DNA of 64,000 nucleotides from Blasia pusilla (lineage: Eukaryota): positions 48,484,001 to 48,548,000 of the forward strand of contig CM114271.1 of the NCBI GenBank assembly GCA_050084515.1, given 5' to 3'. The notes under the pieces were generated by a model that was given only the letters and a program-made list of their open reading frames with translations, was not told the origin of the DNA and did no database searches. Below are positions 39,999 to 51,718 of the stretch, piece after piece. A program made the position numbers and the translations under genes. Positions within the stretch are counted from its first letter, which is position 1. Every line of letters starts with the position of its first letter.

Positions 39999-41854
39999 GA
40001 TGAGGTTGGTATTCTGGCAAGAGAGAGGAAGAGATGAGAGTCTCTCTTAAAAAAAAGGGCCAAATCCGCCTCCTCTCTTCAAAACTTTTTGACATATTTG
40101 AAATTTTTGTTTGCTTTCAAATTCATGAAATCTTTAGAAGAGAGTAGGTAGTGGTCCACTTTCGGGCCTAAAGAAACCTCCATTTTGCAGGGGGCGAAAA
40201 ACTAGTAGACATCATAAGACCACTACAAAAATTTTCCCATGACTCTCCATGTGAGCCTAAGTTTTTTCACATTGCCTGTCTCAGTCTACAGTAGGTTGTG
40301 CCCAGGGCTAATTTTTTTTGGAGGACCATTGGCAAATAATGTGACCAGAAGTAGCAATCTCATCTCAATGAAAGTTTCAAATAAAGACCAACTTTAAGAA
40401 ATGTGGACGCAGGAGACGATAATTGAATTAAAAGATTGTTAGCTATCTGGAGTAAAGAGGAATTGATGTCCCTTCATTCAGATCCTAAATCTGAGAAACC
40501 GAGAAACTGCACCCCTCCCAATCCGTCGGAATTTTACAAGTTGCAACTCTTGCAACCCGTCGGAATCAGGTGGCTTGCACCCCTTGCAAGCAAGCTCACC
40601 ATAACAAAGGAAATATTTTGAGAAGTGATTCCATTCCACCCTGCATCCACGAAGATCCAACTGGTTGGGAATCCGAAATGGCAATCCGACAGGCTTTAGG
40701 AATCCAACACGTCTTAGAGAAGAAAAGAAGCCTACGACTGGTTTGACAATACTGGGGGAATGAGCCAAAAGTGAATAAGCCTACCACAATGCCTCAGAAG
40801 TTGGTCTCATAGGGAAAGAGTTCGATCACTCAAGCAGCCAACTTGTCGGAATCCGACAGCTTTCCTGGAAATGGTTAAAAAGTTGCAGTGGTGAAAAAGT
40901 GAAAAGTTGCAACCCGTCGAAATCAGACGGGTTGCAAAATAAACATTCTGAGTAGCTAGACAAACACAATCGACAAGTCCAAAAAAAATATTCAACAAAA
41001 TTTTACAAACACCATTATCGTTTGAAAAAATCTTGTCCTTTATTACATCTGAAGGAAGCTCGGAAATGTATATTTGATCTAGTCTATGATTTCTTCAGCC
41101 TCGTCATCTACAAATTTACTCCTAACTCTCCTAGGTTCTTGTACAAAAGGAATGTCCTAGGATACAAGTGGGGCTCCTCTGGCTGATTGTAGACGGGGAT
41201 CGAAAATGTTGGCGAATTTGAGAGCCTTGGCACCTCCTAGGTACACCATAATGGTTCCATGTAACCTGATTTGAGTCCCACCGCCTTCATCGGCAGTAAA
41301 TCTTGTACGCTCTGCAAGGTGACACCCATCTAGTATCAATATGTGCTCCGTCCTTGGAGACACCATCATGTCCTCAGCGAGGTAGTAGGAATCCAACACG
41401 TCTTAGAGAAGAGAGGAAGCCTAAGACTTGTTTGACGAAACTAGGGGAAGGTGCCAAAGTGAAGAAGCCTGCGTGAATGCCTATAAAGTTAGACTAACAA
41501 GGAAAGAGTCCGATCACTCACGCAGCCAACCTGTCGGAATCCGACAGGTTGGATGGAAGTGGTTAAAAAGGTGCAGTGGTCAAAAAGTGAAAAGTTGCAA
41601 CCCGTGACAATCCGACTGGTTGCAACATGAAGTGTCGGAGTACAAAGACGATCACAATCGACAAGACCAAAAAAAAATATTCAACAAACTTTTACTAACA
41701 CCATCATCGTTTGAAAAAATCTTGTCCTTTATTACATCCAAAGGAAGCTCGGAACTGTACATTTGATCTATTCTATGAATTCTTTTGCGTCGTCATCAAA
41801 TAAATTCCTACTCCAAAATGCTACAGTCAAGCTGGGTCCTTGAGTTCTTTGAAC

Positions 41855-44800
41855 TCACTCGTCATCGTCCGAGAGCTCTTCCAGAATTACAATCGATCTT
41901 GCCCTCTCGATTTTCAGAATTGTGGGAAGTGAGGATGGTGTGACTACCAATGGTGGGTCTGGAACCGGAGCTGTGGGCTTCCGAGGATAGTTGTATGCCC
42001 CAACTAGCCTGTCGTAAGCTGCCTTTGCCTCTTTGCAAAGGTCAAACAGTTCTTGCCTTCCCTCAAGGCAGAGAATGTTCCTGCCACTCTGCCAGGCGTC
42101 TCTGATGCACATCCCTAAAAGGCCCACTAAGTCGAACACCAAGTCACCCGGCCTTGAGCAGAGTTCGATGAGCGTTTGCATCAGCGCCGACGACTTTTCG
42201 CTTCCTCCAAGTAAGGGGGTCCAAGTAGATTTTTCTCGGTTATGTCCTCAGGGTTGTTGAAGTCCATCCACATGGGGCAATTCTCCACCTCCTAGTGAGA
42301 CATGCTTTGAGCCATCTCCATGTCGTACATGGAAAATGTTTCTCCATCAGGCGGAGAAGCCCACAATTTGCAGGCTACCGGTATTTTTTGCCACGTACCT
42401 GCATTCTTACAATGGACGAGGTACCTAAACACCATGCGTTGGGTAGCTCTTAGTTGAGATGCATCGGCCGCCTGCTCTTGAAGATCTTGCTTTTTCTTTG
42501 CGAAATCCCTTTTCTTCGCCTCTATTTCTTCATCAAGGTCTGCTTGAGGGAGGATGTGATCCTTGAACATTGTCTTGAAGCCTGGTTTTTTTATGGGTTT
42601 TTATGTGCATGTCATCCAGCCAAAGTTCAAAATCTTCAGCACTCTCCAGGTTTGCTCCTCCGGAACTAGCTCTATTTTTTTCAGCTCCGCTTGGTGACCC
42701 ACAAGCATGGACTTCCCGAGAAGCCGCAACGCGTCCGAGAATGACCATTCACGGAGCCAATGGGAGATCATTGGATCAGAGACACCCGGAGGATGGTGTG
42801 CCGCCCTCTTTTGGGCCTCTGTGCCCTCGAGACTGATTTTCATCAGTCGGATTCTCCTAAATTCTGAAATTCCAGACAAGGAAAATCAATGGACGCGGTC
42901 AAGAGACACTTTCTCCCCAATCAGACCTTGCGGATCTTCATCCCTCTTCCGTTGGCGCTTGATTATCGCCTTCAGCTCCTTGTAGAAATCGGGGCCAAGT
43001 TTGGGGTTGAGAATGGCAATGTAGCGATGCATCTTGCTTGCAGTGTACTTCGTAGCTGTAGATACTATAGCTTGGATGAACTTAGCATGCTCAGACACAG
43101 ACACTTTCTCCCTCCGCTCCAGCTCCACTGAAGCGCTCTTCTTGGCGGCATGTATCTTCGACCAGCAAAGGATTGTCACGGGTGCATCTTGGGAAATAAA
43201 TGTATTTGCCCAAGTCTTTTTTTTTTTATTTGAGCCCTCTTTGCCAGCATCTCATTTACAAGGGCATCGCCCAAGAACCCCTTGTACTATGCCGGGTGCG
43301 TCGTTAGCACTTTCTTCACCCGATCGTAATCTTGGGACCAGTGGTGGGTGATATTCCCCTCGGATACAATCCTGCACATCCAAACTCAAAATAAGAAATT
43401 TTGCAAGCTATATGGGTTCCTGCAACCCGTCGGACTCCAACAGGTCGTCACACCTCATGGTCAGAATGGTAGCTATGAGCTAAATTTTGCAACCCATCGG
43501 AGTCAGACTGATTGCATTCAGATTTGTGATTGTCTGGTTTCAACCCGTCGGGCTCCGACGGGTTGTTAGATAATTTGTATTCACAGAGTGGTCTCCGCAA
43601 GAAAAGTGAACATATCAGCCCGTCGGAGTCCGACAGGTTGCGCAATTTCAAGTAAAGCTGCAATTTGATGCCAACAATCAAGCTCCCCTACTTCGATCAC
43701 CTTCCTGTGCCAGCAAATGCAACCCGTCGGAGTCCGACGAGTTGCTTTCGGCCAAAAACATCCTAAAAACAGCGGCCAGTTGAGCAACTCGTCGGACTCC
43801 GATGAGTTGCTTTTGGCCAAAAACATCCTAAAATAACGGCCAGTCGAGCAACTCGTCGGACTTCGACAAGTTGCTTTCGGCCAAAAATATCCTAAGAACA
43901 GCGGCCAGTCAAGCAACTCGTCGGACTTCGACGAGTTGCTTTCGGCCTAAAACATCCTACAAACAGCGGCCAGTCAAGCAACTCGTCGGACTTCGACGAG
44001 TTTTGTTACCACTAGTTAAACAACTCTTTGGAGTCCGACGATTTGCAGCAAACAAAATAAAGGAAGAGGAAACTTACATGTTCATGGCATGGATGGCCAT
44101 CTCCACCGTCGCCATGTGATGAGGATATGGATGTAGCACGACTGCCTTCACGCAAAAATGCGCCTCCAATGAGTTTTGGCGCTCCTATGCAAATTGGGTC
44201 CACGCCATGAACATGTGGTTTCCATCCCAGATGAAAAAATACAGCTTCCGCATCCAGCTGAATTTCGTCCCCTCAATCGCCCTTATGAATTCCTGATCTC
44301 TCATTCTCCAGAATGTGTCGAGCGCCTCCAAGTCCTCCTCCGTCACCAGCGCTGGGGTTCCATGTTCATCATAAGGCTGAACATAGAACGGAGGGAAGTT
44401 GTCGACGTAGGATGCTGTCGCTGCCGATTGTTTCGCACTATCCTCGTCAGACTGAATTTCGCGGACGTACTTCATTGTCCGCAATCGTCAAAGTGGAATT
44501 CTCGGGGCGTTGTGGCCCTTCATCAGTGCCATCTACTTTACCACTTGTCACAACGGGGACAAGGTCAATAAACTACACTGAATTCCCAATGAATTGCAAC
44601 ATGGGCCTTCACATAACTCAAAGAACAACGATTGTATCTTACTCGCTCGAAGATTGGGTCGGTGTCTTGGCCTGCCAACTGCTTTGGGACAGCAGCTGGT
44701 AAGTCCATTGGAAACTCGTCGATGCGATAGAGGTCGATTTCTTTCGCCAGGCTAAGAGACGAGGAAGACCGCTCTCCTGCTTCTTCATAGATGTTCATCA

Positions 44801-45004
44801 TCTCCACGCTAGCGGTCCTCATGACCTCATCGTCCGTCACTTGAAGTTTGCCTGTTTCCTCAGCCGAATTTATATTGATTGTATCTCGATCTCTTGCTGC
44901 CTTATCTCATTGGCCGAATGAGACCCTGGAGATGGTGACGCAGGAGTCCTGGACTTGGGAGTGAAGCTCCCAGCCTTGCTTGCTTGAGTTTTTTTCCTCG
45001 TCAT
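41855..45004 (-). pseudogene. Spliced accessory gene: ParB/Srx-like domain + helical region + methyltransferase-fold C-terminus (central MTase exon deleted in this copy)
   Basis: Start MTRKKTQ at 45004. ParB-like PPFYVQP...FFIWDGNHMFMAW (44185-44484); donor GTAAG ~44078; exons ~43200-42230. C-terminus EKSSALMQTLIELCSRPGDLVFDLVGLLGMCIRDAWQSGRNILCLE. Confidence 0.65.
43718..44045. repeat. Tandem array of ~60-bp units each containing the MULE palindrome (intronic)
   Basis: GCAACTCGTCGGACT(C/T)CGACGAGTTGCTTTCGGCCAAAAACATCCTAAAAACAGCGGCCAGT is repeated about 5 times. Confidence 0.9.
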
Positions 45005-45274
45005 TGTTCCCGAAAATGCCACCTCCTCGACAAAGAAATTACTTTCTGTGCACGATAAGTCGCCTCGATGAGTCACCTTGATGAGTCGCCCAAATCGTCT
45101 CGCGATGAGTCGTCGTGTAAAGCGCCCCTTGGTATCTGGTCCGCTACTACGCTAAAGAGCAATCGAGATCGCGAAATGAAAAACCTGAAATGAGCAAACC
45201 CTAGCCTATTTATGCTTTTCAAGTAGTTGGGTCGCACCGTCGTTTTGACAGCGACGTGTCGGCCATTATGGAGG

Positions 45275-46491
45275 TGTGATACCCACAATTTTGTAATCTT
45301 GAAGAATATATCTTTTTATTCAACGAAGACTCTTGTATATTATGATTTTTATTATGATTATTTATTATTATGAGGAAGAATAAGTGAATCACGAAGCTCC
45401 TGGGACAAGGCAGAGAGATGGAAGATCAAGGATTTGCCTTAGAGGAGAGGAAAACGCAATAACGAAGTCTCAAGACTCAGAACGAAGCTTAACAAAGCTT
45501 AACGAAGCTTAACGAAGATGTACAAAGCTCTATTTTTTAAGTGGTTCGCTACATAACGAAGCATCACGAAGAAAAGAAGAAAGAAGTACTTCGCTCTTTA
45601 ACGAAGCACAGGAGATAAGAACGAAGCATGGAGTACTTCGTCCTCCTGAAGTCCAACAAAGAGAAGCTAAGAAGGATTGTGATTTCAAGAGACACATGTT
45701 AAAACAGTTAGACTAGGAAAGGGCGCGATCCTTTGTATCAAATTGGTATTTAGGACAGTTTTGTACTGCGGATTCAAAGGGATCACAGGAAAAGCTAAGA
45801 GAACCATAGATCTAGGTAGTTAGAAATAGTGAAGAGACACTAGCCTCATCAAGAACGTTTCGAATCTTAGGATCACTTCCACTCCAGCGAATATTTAAGA
45901 AGCAAGGCAGAAGCCATAATCATCATTCTCTTACGAAGTCCTTATGTTGTAGGAATGGTCCGAGCAAGAGAGTAGTACCCTCTCAAGCTTGTATACACTT
46001 TGAAGCTTTCTCGTTCTTGATGGAGTAGTAAAGCAATCATTCATTCATTCTGATGTGCGATGCTTATGTCTGAGTATTCTTTTTGGGTCTGCAGAGTGAA
46101 GAGTGAATCAGGAGAACCTTTCTCATCAGTGAAATAATCAACCTGAGTTGTAAGAAATGTGTTTGACAGAGAGTAACCTGCCGAGACGGATTGAGTTCCG
46201 AAAGTAGGAGAAGCTAGCTTTTGTGTTGAGATCTCTGTGAGGTTTCTTGATGTCGAGAGGAAAATCTACCTGAACATCCTGTCAATTCCACTAGAGAGCA
46301 TTGAGAACAGGTCCTTTGGTTCTAAGAAAGATCAGAAGATATTGATAAGACATTGAATATAAATCACACACAGTTACATACAACTATTACAACAAAATTG
46401 TAATTCCAAACTCTCTTTTCATCAAACAATGATCCTCTTGGGGATCGAACCTATTAAAATGACTATAAACTAAAAACACTTGTACATTAGA
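45275..46491. mobile_element. Solo LTR with 5-bp TSD, inserted between the two MULE genes
   Basis: GGAGG at 45270-45274 and 46492-46496 flanks TGTGATACCCAC...CTTGTACATTAGA. Homologous to 4904-6196. Confidence 0.9.
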
Positions 46492-47295
46492 GGAGGTCTG
46501 GACCTAAACTACCAACGCGACGGTCTCCGACGGGTTGGAGGCATCCGTTCTAGCCGGGCTATCATGGCAACCTGTTAGAGTCCGACAGGTTGCGCGCCTT
46601 TGCCGTCTTGGGGGAAGAACGAAAGGTACCCGCGCGACCCGTCAAAGACCGACCGGTTGCACCCTTCCCTCGTCTTGGGATAACAAGGCGGGGTACCTAC
46701 GCTACTCGTCGGAGGCCGACGGGTTGCACGCTTCCCTCATCTTGGGGTAATAGGCGAGGTACCTAGGCAAATCGTTGGTTACAGACACGTTGCACTCTTT
46801 TCTATCTCTTGGGTAACAATGCGATAACGGATAGTTCCGAGGCAACCTCTTGCAATCCGACGGGTCACAAGGTCTACTTTGAGTTGGAAAATCCCATAAC
46901 AGTCCCCAATGATTAGTTACCTTAGCAAATGTAAGCGATGTCTCGTGTTTGATGCTAGCAAAATCGTCTCAATAGACCACTAGTCGGCATAAAGGGGGTA
47001 CCAACCCAACGGACTCTGACTGCTTCCAATTTGCATTGGGACAAGGAAACAAAAAACGGAACTGGGTGCTTCTCAACCCACGTCTCTGATTCCCAAATTC
47101 TGCAACCCATCGGACTCCGACAGGTTGCAACAGAATTGAATCCATCATGTCAAACAATCTCACCTACCAAACTTCATCTTGTCAGGAGAATCTGAGTCTC
47201 TATTCACTATAAATTGAACATTCTCATTCTCATTCCCATACCCATTCTTATCCTCATTCTTATTCTATGTCTCCTCTCGGTGGAATCTTCTGGGA

Positions 47296-50200
47296 ATGGA
47301 TAATTATGTGAAGCTCACTTGTGGCAGTCATCTAGCAGCCCTTCCTCAATCGGAAATTGTTCGACCGCAAGCTCGTGAGTCTTTCATACCAGTGGATGAA
47401 TTTTTTCTCTCAATTCGATTTTTTCTCCAAATTGGAACCATCTTTGTGTCCAAGGATGGTAGGGTGGACGGTACGGAGGACATAATAGGTGAGATAATCC
47501 AACCAGTGATTGCAGACCATAAAGTATGGAATCTCTTACCTCTAGCAAATGGTCAATACAGAGTTTATGGCTTGCCTCTGAATTCCTCTGTTTCCCAAGT
47601 AGACGGTCGAGAATTTCCTAGTGCACCGAGCTCTACGTTTGCAACTCCTAGCTCAGTAGATCCAGCATCGACTCCAACTTCACACGTTTGTTACAATGTT
47701 GTCCTTCAAGAAGAAATTCCCGATGTTTTCAACCTCAATGGATCGGTCGGACACCAACCGGGCCCTCTGTCTGCCTACTCGGTCTTCTTGCGGATATCAG
47801 GCAATAGTTTCCTTTATCTCTGGCCTTGAAAATGTTCAAGCACATTCTTGTCGACGAGCTGCCGCCCACGTACGATGGTAATTGTATTTTTGAGTTGCCT
47901 CCACTTGCTGCTCCTGCTCAAAAGAAAGATGGAGGACGCTTGAAGGGTATGGACAGAAAGTCTGATTGTCATCGACGGTGCAGGCTTCAACGGACTAGTG
48001 CTTCAATTCTAGATGGTCCTTGGATTGTCTCCTGCCGCCAATGCGTTGGAGCCTTGGAGTGTAGAAGTCCAGCATGCCCGTATCTAGAGTACAACGGGCG
48101 GGTCAATACTTCGCAATTCCCCCCCAAGAATGCAGAAATTCCATATGAGGTTGGTGCCACCATACCGCCGGGAGGCCATCAATGTTCTCATTGTCAAGCA
48201 TCCCCTTTCTGCGTTGGAGTGTGTCCTGCATACATATTTTTCATTGTCCACGACTTGGGCTCCACGTCAGAATACACAAGGATGGCAGTTCTTGTTGGCT
48301 CCCACACTCATCCTGTGACCGATGCAATTCACAGACACATCAAGGAGGATGTGGCGAAGAAAGTGGCCAAGGTCTTCAGAAAGTCTTCGGGTTCAAAGCT
48401 TGGAGTGATCAAGCTAACAACAACATCACAAATTTGTGAACAATTGCTTGGAATCCCTGGACAGGGCGAGATCACGGCTGCTGAGGAGAAACAACTCTGG
48501 GAAAATGTCGCATTTCTCGCTAATCCCGAATGCTTCCGGAATTTGCTGTGTCAAATACGGGTACTCGATGGAAAGATGGCCGAAATGGATGCCATTTTCA
48601 GAATCAAGTCTAACTCTAGATTTCCATTCATTCAAAGATGGCAGTTCATGGATCAGGGAAGCAAAGGATCCATGGCCTATGTCTTCAAAATGTCAACGAC
48701 AGGTCCGTCGAGTGGCCTCGATCTTATAGATCGAATGAGGGAAGAGGAAGATCTTTACGGCAGCTGGGTAAGCTTTGATATTTGCTACAGAGTGTTGAAC
48801 GGATGGTTGACAATGGGTGCTCACATTTATGACCATGTGGAGAAGGGACTCAAAACTATATTTGTCTGTGAAGTAAAAACAGAAGACGTTGGAAGTTTGA
48901 AGATGTGTTGGTTACTCTTCTTGGAGGTGGTGAAGGAAAACAAAAGGCCACCTCCGAAAATTTATGGGTTCATGGCGGACAATGCACAACCTGGGTGGAT
49001 TGCTATCAGGGAAGTTTTTTGGGGTGGGGAGGTTCAACCGGAGAGAGAAAGGTTGGATGCTTTCCATTGGCAACAGTCTATGACCCGCTACACCAAATCT
49101 TGCATGAAGGAGAATAAGAGGACGGAGCATGTCACTCTACTCCAACGCTGCAAGGACAACAAAACCTTGAAACACGCCATGGAATGCCAAGAAGAAATTC
49201 ATGGGTGGTGGAGGAAACATGCGATTGAGGAGAAGAACAAAGAGTTATGCTCTTGGTTGAGTTGGTGGACTCAACAAATGAGACAATGGGGAAACTTCAT
49301 GCGGGAGGTGAGTGCACTAATTTGTCTCATTGAAAATTGTTTGAAGAGTTGCAGCTAAAGGTGAGAAGCGTGGGCACTATAGGGATTTCAAACCGAAGAA
49401 ACCAAGCACCTTGTCGGATGCAACAGGTTGACTCCCTGAGTGTTCAACCCTTTGCTTACCGACAGGTTGCAATGTGTGCAACGAGTCGAAATCCGACGGG
49501 TTGCAAGTCGCACGGCCAAATTTACTTGCAACCCGTCGAAATCAGACGGGTTGACGGGTTTCCTGAGAGTGCAACCGGTCGGAAAAGGACGGGTTGCAAG
49601 TCACATGGCCAAATTTACTTGTAACCCGTCGAAATCCGACGGGTTGCACTAGGTGGTTCCTGGGTGTTGCAACACGTCGGAAACCAACGGGTTACAGAGT
49701 CATTCATGGGATGCCTCCAACTTGCAACTCGTCTGGTTCCGACAGGTAGCTTTTTTCTTTGCTCATAGAGCTATTTTGGTTCCCTTCTCACAGTGCCGTT
49801 GTTGGAGGGATTGAACATTCATGAAAATGACCTATGCCCCAACACAAGTGGAGCAGAAAGTGTTCATTCCTCGTGGAGGTCGTCACAATCATGCCAAAGA
49901 ATTTCACTTGTGGAGGCATGCCAACAAGACCAGGCAAGAGCAATGCTACAATATGCAGCATCCCATATCTTCCTCACAAAAGGCATAACAAAAGGAAGGG
50001 GGCCTTCGATCTACAAGCTCTATGTCAAGGCGGCTGTGACATCGGGTGATGAGAAACTCTATGTGGAAGCCTTCAATCGATGCGTAGCAGGAACTCCCCT
50101 CGAGCAAGATGTACACATTGGTGGGGATATTCGTGGGCGCGTTTCAAGACGTCCCATACAGATGGTGGTAGAGCAATCCAAGCGAGACTCGTGGAGACCA

Positions 50201-51310
50201 GATAAGTATCTTGACTTCAGGCACGTGAAGAGGCAGCATCGAGGAACGAATCCGGTGATTGATTTGGATGAGGAAATTACGCCGCCCAAGTATTCGGGGA
50301 CCCCGGATTGCTCCCAAATCCGTGATGGAGTAACTTCTCCAAAATCAGTGAATGTTTTATTTCAAAAGCCCTACGTTGCTGGAAGTTCGCAACATCCGAT
50401 CGCTGGGGTGGTTCAACAATATGGGATTTCGGTCATGGAGGTGGATTGCAACATGAAACGGTGGCATATATCTCGAAGCAACCCTGGATGTGGACCCACT
50501 TGCAGGGCAGGATCTGATGGCATTAGGAGAGCATGCGGCACTTTCCTAAATAAGAATTGTATAAGGACTGGACGACCACTGCATGAGTTTTGGGGACTCA
50601 AAACCTTTGATCGTTTCACGAGGACCGCGGATCAATTGAAGTACTTCTTCTGCCCAAATGAATCTTGCGCTTTCCGCAAGTCTTATCTGGTTGCCATTGG
50701 AGCTTCAGGGAATACCCCCACGATTTGGCCCATCGCCGTAGGTAAGAATTGCACTCAAGACAAAGTGGACAATCTTACAAGTGTCAGTTTCAGACTCGTA
50801 GACGGAGGAAGTTCATAGCATGTTCGCATTATAGAGACCTTCACATTTTGTATTCAACCCAAGATTGACGTCAACATGTACCCGTAGAAGGTGGATGATC
50901 TCAATCCACTATTTCTGTTTGAGTCTAGAAATGGGGTGAAGAGAAACAGAATGTGTAGGCCAACAGTGGAGAGAGCAGAGCGAATTGCATCAGCTCGAGA
51001 GTCAAGAATGGAGATCATCGCCACAAAAGATGTCCACAGTGGCAATGGAATAGGAAGGATGTATTGGGTGAGAAACAACAGTGTAAATTTAAGTGTCACA
51101 GGGGTGTATGTGGCGCACATCTGTTGCTTTCCCACATGTTCATGTGATGACTTTGTTCAAAGAGAGACAAGTGGCAAAAGAAATTTCCCTTGTAAGCACA
51201 TATACTATGTGTTGCTTGTAGTTTTAAGAGAGTCGGAGGTAGGAGTAGGAATCCACCAACCAATTCTGTCCCTCAAAGAAGTGCGAAGTATTTTAAACAA
51301 ACCACTTTGA
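47296..51310 (+). pseudogene. Mutator-type DDE transposase with N-terminal GCM-like zinc domain and C-terminal SWIM finger (spliced, frameshifted)
   Basis: Cys/His domain CVGALEC..CPY..CSHC..CP..GSHTHP. Candidate catalytic residues WVSFD, FMADNA, DAFH (CxxH position) and NTSGAESVHS. SWIM finger CSCDDF..PCKHIYYVL. Intron donor GTGAGT at 49308; frameshift near 47826. Confidence 0.82.
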
Positions 51311-51718
51311 GGATGCAAAATGAGGTTTTAGACTATACTTTTATTTTTCCCGAGCCTTCACTTTGAGCTTGAACTCTATTCAGCCTAGGGCAAATGATAA
51401 ATTTTTTCCAGACCTTGGATGGAAAAAGTGATTGGTTCCACACTTATGATTCCACTGATTTTTTAAGTTTTCTAAATTTTGTGCAATTTGCAACTCGTCG
51501 GACTCAGTGGGTTTGCCAAAATGTGGAAGAGGAAAAAAAAAACTGTGGGAGTGCTTAAGAACTGAGCAGAAAAGTGCAAAAAAATTCACACAAAAAGTTT
51601 TCTCTCTTCAACCCAACGGAAACTCTCTTCAAATCACATGAAACTCTCTTAAAAAAAAAGTATCTCTTTTGGTTGAAGGTAGTTTCCTCTCTCCTCTCTC
51701 CTCTCTTCCTCTCCTCTT

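Larger units (their letters stand above)
40019..51718. mobile_element. Near-complete Mutator-like (MULE) DNA transposon, copy 2, with two divergent genes
   Basis: Short imperfect purine-rich inverted ends (AAGAGAGAGGAAGAGA vs reverse complement AAGAGGAGAGGAAGAGA). Transposase on the + strand, ParB/MTase gene on the - strand, palindromes throughout non-coding parts. No TSD recognised, so the boundaries are approximate. Confidence 0.7.

Noticed and set aside
43718-44045. Regularly spaced palindromic repeats resembling a CRISPR array
   Set aside because: The spacers are near-identical to each other, there are no cas genes, and the context is a eukaryotic intron. It is a tandem repeat.
47826-51310. 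KDZ/Zisupton transposase (suggested by Cys clusters and SWIM)
   Set aside because: The D..D-(C/D)xxH..AES pattern and GCM-like N-terminus fit the Mutator superfamily better. Not tested by HMM.
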